From contig NC_042997.1 in assembly GCF_006345805.1 (NCBI RefSeq), positions 112,282,001 to 112,346,000 of the forward strand: a stretch of DNA of 64,000 nt. Direction: 5' to 3'. A program made the position numbers and the translations under genes. The first letter of the stretch is position 1. The number at the start of each line of letters is the position of its first letter. The notes below the pieces were generated by a model. That model made no database searches. It saw only the letters and a list, made by a program, of their open reading frames with translations, and was not told the DNA's origin. The stretch comes from Octopus sinensis (lineage: Eukaryota). Shown piece by piece: positions 12,060 to 23,569 of the stretch.

Positions 12060-12709
12060 GCAGAATAATGTGGAGGTTTAAATATTAAACCTCTAAATGT
12101 ATTGAGTGCTACTTTTCGTTTGTTCACCCACTTGTACGTGTTTATGCACGAGTGACTTATATATAATGCTTTAACGGATACCAAACGTTATAAGCGGTAT
12201 ATGTTGCTGTCATTGATTTGATGTTACTAATCTTAAGAACACACGTGAGGTGTGTGTTTATGTTTGTCTCATCATCTTTTAACACCCATCTACCATGTTT
12301 GGCATAGGTTGGACGGTTTGACAGGATCCAACGGGTCTGAAGACTGCATCATGCTCCCAAGTCTGCTTTCACAGTGTGGACTGAGTACTATGTTCGTGGT
12401 ACAAGCAGCATGAAGTCACCATGCAACGTGCAAATTGAAGGGCCTTAAATCGCCCCTACAACTAACTGAAGGAGAATAAAAGAGACAGTTCAATGATTTT
12501 AGTGAAGAGAGAGAAAAAAGTATGATGAGAGGAATAGATTAATAGTTGAGAATGTGGTGGGAGTGGAGATAATAATAAAGCAGAGTAAACAGTGTTAGTA
12601 GGAGGGAGTCTGGAAGGGGGCAAGGGAAAAGGAAGGGATGGGTTTAGTGAGAAAGGGAGGGACAGAGTGGGGAGGTGATGAGATGGATCAAGTAGAGGCA
12701 TGGTGCAGT

Positions 12710-13136
12710 GAGCACTGAATTAACTATTAAACCAAATAAGCATGTGCTTAGGGAATCAAGGTAAGTGGGGGGGGGGCACCACAGAAATGGTAAATGATTT
12801 ACAGTACAAAAGAAATCACTTTAAATGTATTAAACTTGATACATGAAGTGGTTTATAAAATTGGTAATATAATTTCAAAGTGTTTATGATTTCATAGTGA
12901 AGATCTAATCGAAGACTTTGCGAAGAAAAAAAGTGAGAGAAAACTTTCCAAATATAATTAAGGTGGAAGTATTACAAAACTAAACATTCTTTTCCATCTT
13001 GCTGTTAGTTTTGTTGCATTTTGAAAAATAGAAATTTATATTATGGTTTATTATTGTTTACATTTTGAATTACATATATATGGGGACACCAAAATCAAAA
13101 GTGCTTAGGGCTTGTGTGGGTCTTCATCTGGCCCTG
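12710..13136. mobile_element. Non-autonomous hAT-type DNA transposon
   Basis: Perfect 8-bp TSD GGTGCAGT (12702-12709 and 13137-13144); right end ...GGCCCTG; GTGCTTAGGG motif near both ends. Confidence 0.75.
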
Positions 13137-13876
13137 GGTGCAGTGCTATCCTACATTGTAAGGGCAAGTATAGACTGGTGTAAGGGTAAAGGAACAAGAA
13201 AGGGAAAAAATAAACGAGAGTTGCAAGATTTTTGGAGAGAATCATTAAAAGGAAGGAAGATGTGGTGGTGGGGATCATGGACACAAGCCAGATAGGGAGA
13301 GATGGGAGACAGATATTAAGGTGGTGGAGAAACCAGTATGATAAAACAAGATGTGGGGTTGGGGAATAATGGGTGATTGCAGCAAGAGCAATGAAGGAAA
13401 GGGAAAAAAAAATCTCCCAGGTAAGAAGGCTGTGGAGGTGGGTGAAAGCAGTGAGGGAAAGAAAAGACAGGAATCATGGAGTGGAAGAAGTAAGGATGCA
13501 AAGTAAGGGGGAAAGGGAGGTGGTATGGTAGAGGGACAAAAGAAGAGAAGGGGAGACCCAAGAAGACATGGCGAGTCACCTTCAAAGTAGATCTGAAGTA
13601 ACTTAGCATCGCTTGGGTAGATGTAGGTGACTATGAACAAAACTGGGATGATTGGAGACAGCTTGCAGGCCAATTGTATCGCAAGAACTGAGGCTAAGAC
13701 ACGTGTGTGTGTCATATATATGCAATTTTTCAATCTTTCAGGTTGAAAATGATTGCAGGATGTACATGCTCATCTGCACTATCAGGGCATGAAACACATT
13801 GCTATTCACATTTAAATCCTGTGTTTATTAAATGATATTTATCTCTCACTGGTTGGAGCACTTATTTTAGTGATCT

Positions 13877-14159
13877 CATAAGTGCGGGAATGAAATTTGC
13901 TTAGGGGGTGCAAACCCAGGTCCAAAAGTTTTTAAAAACAATGGCAATTTTTTTTCAATCAAAATAAACACAGCTATAACAGTAATAATAATTATTGTAT
14001 CAGTCCAATAATGGAAAAGTAATGTTTCAAACCGTTACAAAAATGTTTCTATACTCATTTGTTTTGGCAATGTAGTTTTTCTGGAGGATGTTCAAAGTTT
14101 TTGCATTGTGTACTGATAAAAAATTTTAGCGGGGTGCAAGCGCACCCCATTCCCTTATG
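13877..14159. mobile_element. Non-autonomous DNA-transposon-like repeat, copy 1
   Basis: High similarity to 52131-52420 (AATGGAAAAGTAATGTTTCAAACC...CTCATTTGTTTTGGCAATG...GGAGGATGTTCAAAG); CATA...TATG ends. Confidence 0.65.
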
Positions 14160-14249
14160 GTTGATCCCATCATACAAATGGTATACTGTATATATGTATT
14201 GTATGTATGTATTATGGTTTCTAAAACTACCCATGTGTTAAGGTACATT

Positions 14250-15180
14250 TTGCCAGGGATGGACAGATTTTCTGTTGCACTGCATGTTGCTAAACAGTAT
14301 GGTTCTTTGACATCTCCTATGTGAGATGCCTCAGCTTTAGATCTGCCTTTGCCACTTTGTACCATATTTTTCTTGATCTCTCCCTTCTGCAGCTTTTACT
14401 AACTTGGAGCACTCAACACTTCCTCGTGCTGGGGTCATCCTCCATACTCATTGCATGCCCATACCAGTTCAGCCCCTTTTCTTGTTCATTCATTGGAGGA
14501 TTGGCTTTGTTTCTGTGAAGGCAGACATTGGGACTGGAGGCAAAGGAAGAGTGACTTTGGGACCAGAAGCAAGGGAGGAGGGGTGACTTTGAGACCAGAA
14601 GCAAGGGGAAGTGACATCACTTCAAGGAGCAAGGCATTTGGATGACCTCTTTCTTTATCAGGGTATTGAGGGGGAACAGACATGTGGAAAGGATCTCCGA
14701 GGGAGAGTAGTTTCTGGCTAGAGGTTGGAGTAGTGTACATGTGCATGTATGGCCAACAAGTTTTGCTGGTCCTTGTAAAGCAAAACTGAATACGCTGTTC
14801 TGATTTCATTTGAACAACATCAGATGATATTAACCGAAGAGAATTCTTCTAGTCTTCACATGTCAAATGCAATTGAAACCCATGTCGTGCCACCATGCGA
14901 CATCATATTCCTGACACAAGTATCACATATTGTATCCTTTTCTCTGGGGCAAAAGACCTTTGTTGGCAACAGTGGTAGTAATGCGCTGGACTTTTCCCAA
15001 CCTGTTCTTATCCTGGCTACAGTACTTTCTGTTACAACCACCTCACTTTCTAAACAAAAGGCATGAACTACTTTTAGTGAGCCATCCAGGCATTTAAATG
15101 AACCTACTTCCACTGTGCTTTTAATATGTATTGCTCCACTGCATCTGCCACATACCTCTGTCAGCCTGCCTCTCATTCCA
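14250..15180 (-). mobile_element. Degraded RTE LINE ORF C-terminal region, interrupted at ~14490-14770
   Basis: Minus-strand peptides GRLTEVCGRCSG, ARIRTGWEK..LLPLL and LNWYGHAMSMEDDPSTRKC, matching the RTE thumb/C-terminus. Confidence 0.8.
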
Positions 15181-15235
15181 CTACATCTCTTATGTATCTA
15201 TAGCTTACATTAGGTTCAGTACACACACACACACA

Positions 15236-15600
15236 TATGGCTGTGTGATAAGAAGTTTGCTTTCCCAACCACTTGATTCCAGGTTCAGACCCACTGTGTG
15301 GTATCTTGGGCAAATGTTTTCTAATGTAGCCTTGGGCCGACCAAAGCCTTGTGAGTGGATTTGGTAAACAGAAACTGAAAGAAGCCTGTCATATGTATAT
15401 TTATATATATGTGTGTGTCTGTGTTTGTCTCCCCACCATTGCTTGATAACTGATGTTAGTGTGTTTATGTCCCTGTAACTTCGTGTTTGGCAAAAGAGAC
15501 TGATAGAATAAGTTCTGGGAGTTGGTTTTTCTTTGACTAAAGGTGGTACTCCAGCATGGCCACAGTCAAATGACTGAAACAAGTAGAAGAATAAAAGAAT
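15236..15600 (+). mobile_element. tRNA-derived SINE type A
   Basis: A-box-like TGGCTGTGTG, B-box-like GGTTCAGACC, internal microsatellite, tail CAGCATGGCCACAGTCAAATGACTGAAACAAG. Confidence 0.88.
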
Positions 15601-15719
15601 ATATATATGTATAAATGAGTGTGTGTGTGTGTGCATATTTATATACCTATGTATATGTATATATGTATTTATATTTGCATGTATATATAAGTTTATATAT
15701 ATGTGTGTGTGTGTCTGTG

Positions 15720-16010
15720 AGCGTATATGGCCTGGTGGATGGAATGTTGTACTCATGATTGTGAGATCATGGTTTCAATTCCTAGACCAGGAGGTGTATT
15801 GTGTTCTTGAGCAAAACACTCCATCTCATGTTGCTCTTCAATCATTTCAGCCCCTGACGCATGGCACACCGTGCACCTGTTTAAACAACGTTGATTTGAT
15901 GGAAGGAGTGAGCTAATGTGCAACACAAACATTAGATCCCTATAAACAAATCATTTGTTCAGGTCATTTGGCAAAAGTTGAACGCTCACACATCATCTTC
16001 AATGGGAGAG
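15720..16010 (+). mobile_element. tRNA-derived SINE, type-E-related head
   Basis: TGGCCTGGTGG A box, GTTTCAATTCC B box, GTGTTCTTGAGCAAAACACT core-like motif. Confidence 0.6.
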
Positions 16011-16013
16011 GCC

Positions 16014-16567
16014 ATCATCATCATTTAACGTCTGTTGTCCATGCTGGCATGTGTTGGACAGTTTGACTGTGCTGGCACGCTGGACAACTGCACCAGACTC
16101 TAGTCTGATTTGGCATGGTTTTCTATGGCTGAAGCACTTCGAGTGTGTGATGCGTGTTTTAATGTGCCATTTGTGTGACACTGGAGTGTTTTTATGTGCC
16201 AATTTGCATGACACCGGTATCTACCCTGACTATGATTTTGCTCGGCTTCATGGGTCTTCTTCTCAAGCACAACATAATGCCAAAAGTCTCAGTCATTGCC
16301 TCTGTGAGGCCCAACACTTGAAAGAATCTCAGTTAATTTGACACTTTATATATATGCATGTGTATGTATAATGTCCGTTTTCCATGCTAGCATGGGTTGG
16401 ACGGTTCGACCAGGGTCTGGGAAGCCAGGAGGCTGCACCAGGCTCCAGTCTGATCTGGTAGTGTTTCTACAGCTGAATGCCCTTCCTAACACCAACCACT
16501 CCGTGAGTGTAGTGGGTGCTTTTTACGTGCCACCGGCACAGGGGCCAGATGAGGCTGGCAAGGCCAT
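16014..16567 (-). mobile_element. Two RTE LINE 3' ends (16014-16325, 16370-16567)
   Basis: Reverse-complement 3' UTR motifs; the first reaches into the ORF end (TTGGGCCTCACAGAGGCAATGAC). Confidence 0.8.
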
Positions 16568-16902
16568 GATGGACCACTAAACTCAACACATTTATTCCAT
16601 TCTCTCTCTATTTATTTCCACTTATTCCTTTCTGTCGAAATGTATAGGCTCGAAACGTAAAAGTCGTATCTATTTTTCCCGAGCATCAAACTAATACACT
16701 TGCTTGTTATTCCTACACCTGTCTTTGTCTTTGCTTTTTTATAAATTTGAACTATGTATGTATAAATGCATGTATATATATGTATATATGCATGTGTATA
16801 TATATGTATTTATGTATATATGTGTATAGATGTATATACATATATGTATATGTGTCTACTCACAGATATGTGCATATTTTAAATTTTAATATATATCTAT
16901 AA

Positions 16903-17109
16903 AGCAAGCTGGCAGAACCATTAGTACACTGGGTGAAATGCTTAGCGGTATTTTGTCTCTCTTTACATTCTGAGTTCAAATTCCGCCAAGGTCAATTTTG
17001 CCTTTCATAATTTTGGGGTTGATAAATTAAGTACCAGTTGCATACTGGGACAATCTACTTGACTCCCCCCTCTCCAAAAATTTCAGGCCTTGTGCCTAGA
17101 GGAGAAAAG
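16903..17109 (+). mobile_element. tRNA-derived SINE type B
   Basis: GCTGGCAGAA A box, GAGTTCAAATTCC B box, GCCTTTCAT...GGGGTTGATAAATTAAGTACCAG central domain (resembles the Meta/MESC SINE domain, from recall). Confidence 0.85.
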
Positions 17110-17445
17110 AGTGGCTGTGTGGTAAGTAGCTTGCTAACCAACCACATGGTTCCGGGTTCAGTCCCACTGCGTGGCATCTTGGGCAAGTGTCTTCTGCTAT
17201 AGCCCCAGGCCGACCAATGCCTTGTGAGTGGATTTGGTAGATGGAAACTGAAAGAAGCCTGTCATTATATATACGTGTATGTGTGTGTGTTTACGTCCAC
17301 ATCACTTAGCGGTTCGGCAAAAGAGACCGCTAGAATAAGTACTGGGCTTACAAAGAATAAGTCCCGGGGTCAATTTGCTCAACTAAAAGGTGGTGCTCCA
17401 GCATGGCTGCAGTCAAATGACTGAAACAAGTAGAAGAGTAAAGAG
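17110..17445 (+). mobile_element. tRNA-derived SINE type A, low divergence
   Basis: GTGGCTGTGTGGTAAG, GGTTCAGTCCC, CTTGGGCAAGTG and full tail; CpGs retained. Confidence 0.9.
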
Positions 17446-18249
17446 TATATATATATATATATATAATGTACACATAGATACATACATAGTGTTTTATTGA
17501 AGCTGAAAAACTTTAGCAACTGTTTCTCACTTTCACACAACTGATTAGCAGACTGAAATGTATATTCCATAATCTGTTACTTGAAACTCTGAGTGACAGT
17601 TTGTGAAGTTTTTCAGCTTCAAGGAAACATATTCTATTCTGCTTTTTGTTATTCAAGTTTTATTTTCTCCTTGTTTATCACCCATGTGTTCAAATGTGTG
17701 TGTGTGTGTGTGTACATATATTTATTCCAGGGTATGGGAAGTTCAAAAGAAGTTACATTTAGCCACATGGAATAAAAGAATTCAAAGATAGGTCTGAAAG
17801 TGAATAGAATACTTAATCCATAATTTTTAGGCCAACAAAATATTTTTACATATGCATACGTAATTCCCTGATACTACCTTCCCCTCTACTCTACCTTTTC
17901 CTGCCCATTACCCTCTTCCATCTCATCTCTCTGTCACACACCACTTTACCCATCTATGTATCAGGTGGGGTGGCATTATGCACCCTCCTAAACTCTCCCC
18001 ACTGTCTTTTCACTCTAACTCTTTCTCACTAAACTCCCTGATGTTAGTTTTCATATTTTGAGAAGCACTTCCATTGGAGAAGTGACTGTACTTAATGTAT
18101 GCAAAAATGAGTACATGGGTGTACGAAAGGATTTTACATGGGATGCACCACATGGAATGCATGGTGATGCTTATATCTACCTTTTGACAGGTGTTTTTCA
18201 TCATGCAGGATGTCTAAAAAGCAGTTTGAGGGTTAAGATGCTAGTATAG

Positions 18250-19265
18250 CCATTGACTGCTCAGCTATGCACGAAGTGTGCATAAACATCACATGTTCAT
18301 ACCAGTGCAGTCTTATCTCTTGCACACAAAACCTGATTCCTCTTATATTCACTTCTTTTCTCAGCTCATTAGCACACCACTCTTTATTGATACTGTCATT
18401 ATACATCCATCAGAGCATACTTGTCTCATTTTTTTTCAGCTTTCACAAATCCTCTGTATTCAATGCCTACATCTCAATACCATTCACCATCATACACTGT
18501 ACACAACCATTCCGCAATCTACTCTTCTTTCTGAAAGGGAACTCAGAGAAAATCCTTTTCAACTTGCTTTTAGCCTGTCGACTGTGCTGGCAGAATACCC
18601 TTGTTCACTAGTAATTAGGTCAAATAGACAACCAAAACTATCAGCTTCCTCTAGAGCTTTCATATCTATTTCATGTGTACTTTTACTGCTCATGTGTGTC
18701 TACCACATACAAAGACTACCTTCTTTAACGGTTTGCCTGCGATTCCACTGCCTCTTGCGTGTCCGTAGTTTACACTGAATGTACTGCCTGGAATAGCCAA
18801 CCACTCCTTTTGTACACATCAAGTACAGTCACTTTTCCATGTCAGAGTCCTCAACGACTTCTGTAATATTAACTAAAACTTGAGTTTTTGTTAGGTTTAT
18901 TTTGAGGTCTCTTGATTCTAGGTTTTGCTTCTAAGTTTGGAATTCCTTCTCTGAATCTTTGACAGATTCAGTTTAGAAGACTAATTCATTGGTGTACAAG
19001 GAGTTCCACAGAGATTAGTTTTAAATTCCTCTATTTTGGTCTGGAGAATTACAATGCGCTGGAGTGTTCTGAGAACCAAGTCCTGATGAATAACTATCAA
19101 TGTTTGCCAACTCTCACCTTGCAGTTAGCATTTTGGTACATAACTTGCACTGCTCTCACAAGCCATTCATCTACACCTTGTTTTCTTAACGATCACCTAA
19201 CTATGATGAATGTTAAAGAAAAGTGGTTTCTCTTGACTAAATACTTCTATAGTTGTTTCACCAGG
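18250..19265 (-). mobile_element. Degraded RTE LINE reverse transcriptase
   Basis: Minus-strand remnants VIHQ, LQTKIEEFKT, ELLYTNELV (decayed YADD), NLESRDLKINLTKTQVL and Cys-rich MCTKGV...QCKLRTRKR, with frameshifts and stops. Confidence 0.75.
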
Positions 19266-19914
19266 AAGAGTGTATCAAATCTAATCTGCATCTCCTACTA
19301 GTTTACTTTCAAATCAGCTGTGTTATAACTCTTTCCAGTAACCATCATAACTGTGACCATCAATGTAATGCCTCTGTGGTTGCCTCTCTCTCTCTCCTCC
19401 TCCCTCTCTCTTTAACATCTCCTTTACCCTTTTTGCAGTTAATGATGTTACTGCTACACTAATCATCAGCTATAACGTCTCCCTCTATGTGACACTTAAT
19501 AGACTATGTTAGTGACCAGTGCATGACGTACTGCACCAAATATTTAAACATCTCTGAGGCTAACTCTGGTGATTCAGTTACCTTTCCAGATTACATTTCC
19601 TTAATTGTGTTTTCAACCACATAACTATCAATAACAACATCTGGTCATTCTGTTGGGTCGACTTGTTTGAGCAGGCTCCCTTCCATGCCTCTTTCTTTAT
19701 GGTGTCAGTGAGGGCATGTATGATGCTTTCATTCCATATACACTTCTCCTCCTCAACATTACGCTGGTTTGCAATTTTGGACCCCACACAATTTTGGATC
19801 CTTACATCACAGAACATGAAAACCTTTTACTTTTGACTGTATGTGTGTGTGTGTGTATATATATATGTATGTATATAGCTTCTCTTCTATCTACTTCATA
19901 TTGTCTTTTGCTCC

Positions 19915-20137
19915 TCACACGGTCATGCATGCTGCATGGCAGCCTCACTAGTGTTGCTACCATGAAAAAAGCAGCCAGTACACACTGTAAAGTGGTTGGT
20001 ATTAAGAAGGGCATCCAGCCATAGAAACCATACAAAACCAGACACTAGAACGGGAAGCAGTCCTATCAAATCCTGTCAAACTGCCCAACCCATATAAGCA
20101 TGGCACATGGGTGTTAAATGATGATGATGATGATGAT
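19915..20137 (+). mobile_element. RTE LINE 3' end
   Basis: GTGGTTGGTATTAAGAAGGGCATCCAGCC and (GAT)n tail. Confidence 0.75.
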
Positions 20138-20262
20138 AAATGTATGTCTAAAAAACCCTAAAATCAGTCATTGCAGATATGGGAGTCTCCCAGTAATGTA
20201 TTCTGGGACCTTTCTGAAATATACTCTGAAATAGTTTATCTGAAGTACAGTGAACGTGCACC

Positions 20263-20478
20263 TTTTATCTTTTGCTTGTTTCAGTCATTAGATTGTGGCC
20301 ATGCTGGGGCACCACCTTGAAGAATTTAGTTGAATGAATCAATTCCTGTACTTGTTGTTTTTAAAGCCTAGTACTTATTCTATCAGTCTCTTTTACCAAA
20401 CTGCTAAGTTACGGGGGACGTAAACACACCAACACCAGTTGTCAAGTGGTGAGAGGGACACACACAAGGATATATATT

Positions 20479-20514
<36 letters not shown>

Positions 20515-20572
20515 ATGGGCTTCTTTCAATTTCCTTCTACCAAATCCACTCACAGGGCTTTGGTTAGCCTGT
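20263..20572 (-). mobile_element. SINE type A, 5'-truncated
   Basis: Tail and central domain match other type A copies. Confidence 0.8.
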
Positions 20573-20869
20573 AGCGAACACTCAAGTGAAAGCTCATTAA
20601 GCAGAAGTAATATAAGAGTGTCCCAAGTGGGTTTGATAACAATAACTATTTAATAACAATATCTGTGATTATAATCAATGGCTTTGACTGTATGTAACGA
20701 TATATGTGGCCTTTTGAACACGCTCAAAATATCCAGTGGCTGAACAAGCTGGTCCCCCTCACACACACAATACTGTGGCACTGTTGTACTATTCTATATG
20801 CAGTCTTATGTATTTGAAAATATAACTAAAACTATGAAAGATGCTTCTCATCATCCTTATCCTCCTCAT

Positions 20870-21165
20870 CATCATCATCATCTTCATCATTTAACAACTG
20901 TTTTCTATGCTGGCATGGGTTGGATGGCTTGACAGGAGCTGGCAAACTAGAGAGCTACACCAGGTCCCAAATGTCTGTTTTGGCATGGTTTCTACAGCTG
21001 GATGCCCTTTCTAACACCAACCACTTTACACAGTGTACTGGGTGCTTTTTATGTGGCACTAGCATGGGAGCTTTATACATGGCACTAGCATGGGTGCTTT
21101 ATATGTGACACCAGCACAGGTACCTTATATATGGTGCCAGCATGGGTGCTTTTTATGTGGTATCA
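20870..21165 (-). mobile_element. RTE LINE 3' end with internal ~27-bp repeats
   Basis: (CAT)n start, GCTGGATGCCCTT, repeated GGCACTAGCATGGGTGCTTT units. Confidence 0.8.
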
Positions 21166-21386
21166 TCTCTGTTTAAAATTTATGCAATCCTGTTAAGGGT
21201 ATTATTTTTTTATCTGATGTGAAATGAAATAATTACTAAAATGTTAATTTCAGAAATGTACTTACCTGGCAAGTGATTTAATTTGAGAGTGTGTGTTGAA
21301 GCTAAAATAATTACAGCTTAAAAGTCACATAACACATATTAGCCATTCAAAACTGGTTAACTTCATTTAAATACTTATTATTTGGT

Positions 21387-21498
21387 AATACAGTTCTATA
21401 TTTAAGAGATGAGGAATTATGTACATTATTTACATTTGATGGATAATGTGTTAACAACAGACAAGCTGAGGACAAATATCCATCAAATGTAAATAATG
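21387..21498. mobile_element. Miniature inverted-end element (same family as 37287-37706) with 12-bp TSD
   Basis: TSD TTATTATTTGGT (21375-21386 and 21499-21510); inverted ACATTATTTACATTTGATGGATA / TATCCATCAAATGTAAATAATGT. Confidence 0.8.
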
Positions 21499-22162
21499 TT
21501 ATTATTTGGTGTTAAAATTTTCATTTACCAAATGCAACCTGGCTACCAACATGGTTCCACTACAATTCTTTAAATTTATGTGAAGTTAACAGTTTTTGTG
21601 TGCTTTTGAATGGCTAAAGTGCGTTTTCCAGGCTGTAATTGTTAAAATATTAATGTGTTGCATGCAGACATTTTCTCCAATTTTAAGGAAATTTGTAAGA
21701 AATTAAGAAAAATATATATTGTTTATAAATGCACTCAAATTTTCTAGCCAACTGGCAGACAGATGTTTTGTGTGCAAAAATAGTTGTTTTTATAGCTTAG
21801 TGTCTCTGATAATAAATGAGGTAGATAGATAGAGAGAGAGAGAAATATTTCAATGTATTTGGGACAAAAAAGCTTATATTTTATTCCAACACTAGTTTCT
21901 ATCAAAATAACTAAATAAGACTATAAATGCTGGTTTTTAGAAACTATTAATTCTAATACTCTAATTGATGTCTGTTGTACAGGCAATTATTTGACAATTT
22001 GACAGTTTATCAGAGTGAAGCATTGCAATGATGTGTCTTTTTTTTTTTAATTATGATTTTTTTTTTCATGTCTCATAATTTTTGTATTTTACACAATTAT
22101 TTGTCCTGTAATCAAATGAAATTTTGAAATTATATATAATTCATGTTAATTGAATAATAAAT

Positions 22163-22320
22163 ATTGGTTTCAAATTTTGGCACAAGGCCAGCAATTTTGG
22201 GGGAGGGAGTAAGTTGATTACATCGACCCCAATATTCAACTGGTTCTTATTTTATTGGTCCCAAAAAGATGAAAGGCAAAGTCAACCTCTGTGGAATTTG
22301 AATTCAGAATGTAAAAATTG
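22163..22320 (-). mobile_element. SINE type B, partial
   Basis: GATGAAAGGCAAAGTCAACC...GAATTTGAA reverse-complement motifs. Confidence 0.75.
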
Positions 22321-22357
22321 AATAACAAATATTAAAATCTTCAAATTTCTATATATA

Positions 22358-22750
22358 GGCAATTGCATGACTGTGTGGTTAAGGAGCTTGCTTTGTTACC
22401 AAGTGGTTTGGGGTTCATTCTCAGTACGGAGCACCTTGGACAAGTGTCTTCTTCTATAGTCCCAGATTGACAAATGGCTGTGAGTGAATTTGGCAGACAG
22501 AAACTGTGTGGAAGCTTGTTGTGTTTATATATATATATGTGTGTGTGTGTGTTTGTGTTTGTTCGTCCTTCATCTTAGCTTGACATCAAGTTTTGATTTG
22601 TTTACATCTCCATAACTTAGCAGTTCAGGAAAAGAGACCAATAAAATAAGTACCATTAAAATTAGTATTGAAGGGGATTTGTTTGACTGAACCCACCAAG
22701 GTGGTGCCCCAGCATGGCCACGGCCCAATGTCTGAAACAAGTAAAAGATA
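22358..22750 (+). mobile_element. SINE type A, diverged
   Basis: Head, internal microsatellite and CAGCATGGCCAC...CTGAAACAAGTAAAAGA tail. Confidence 0.8.
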
Positions 22751-22843
22751 ATAAATTGATATCAATTAAATTTTCTTAATAAATGTGAAGCATATTTAAA
22801 TAATGTGATGGCTTCCAAGTTAGAACTCATTATTAAGTCAAAA

Positions 22844-23250
22844 TTTGGTTCCAATCCCCCGAGGTCAACTTTGCCTTTCATCCTACTGGTGTCAATCTAA
22901 TCGACTAGCCCCCTCCCCGAGAATTTTGGGCCTTGTGCCTAGAGTAGAAAAGACTATTTGGTTCCAATCCACCGAGGTTGACTTTGCCTTCCATCCTTTC
23001 AGGGTCAATAAATTAAATACCAGTTACATACTGGGGTTGATCTAATCGACTAGCCCCCTCCCCCAAGATTTCGGGTCTTGTGCTTAGAGTAGAAAAGACT
23101 ATTTGGTTCTAATCTGCTGAAGTCGACTTTGCTTTTCATCCTTTTGGGGGGGGATCGATAAATTAAATACCAGTTGCATACTGGGTCGATCTAATTGACT
23201 GGTCCCCTCCCTTAAAATTTCAGGTCTTGTGCCTAGAGTAGAAAAGAATT
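22844..23250 (+). repeat. Tandem triplication of the SINE type B 3' portion
   Basis: Units start TTTGGTTC at 22844, 22957 and 23102; each ends TAGAGTAGAAAAGA. Confidence 0.85.
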
Positions 23251-23319
23251 TTAGATGGAAGAGATTAGTCAGTCACGGATAACCTATCCATAGAAGAGAT
23301 TGAACCTGACCCTGTAAAG

Positions 23320-23569
23320 CAGTGGTCTTCAATAGTTTTTGCCTATGGACCCTTTTGATTCCTATTTTACTTGAGTGGACCTTCATAGCTATTTGATGTT
23401 TAAAAGTATTATTATATTTTTTAATTAAATATTATTAGAAATTGTCTATAAAAATTGATAAAACATTTTGCGTATTGTAGAAATATAATGAACTTATTAC
23501 ACATTTTTAACAACAAAATTTTACATGGAGCCCCAAAGGGCCATATAAGACCCTGGTTGAGAACAGTTG
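23320..23569. mobile_element. hAT-Charlie-like MITE
   Basis: Degenerate TIRs CAGTGGTCTTCAA / TTGAGAACAGTTG; no TSD recognisable. Confidence 0.55.

Noticed and set aside
12450-13600. Long purine-rich tracts giving Pro/Leu/Phe-rich minus-strand ORFs
   Set aside because: Compositional bias only; no recognisable domain or splice signals.
16370-16567. Recurrent peptides such as FLQLDALPNANH and LGRASSCRN in many ORFs
   Set aside because: Conceptual translations of the RTE 3' UTR repeat, not a host gene family.
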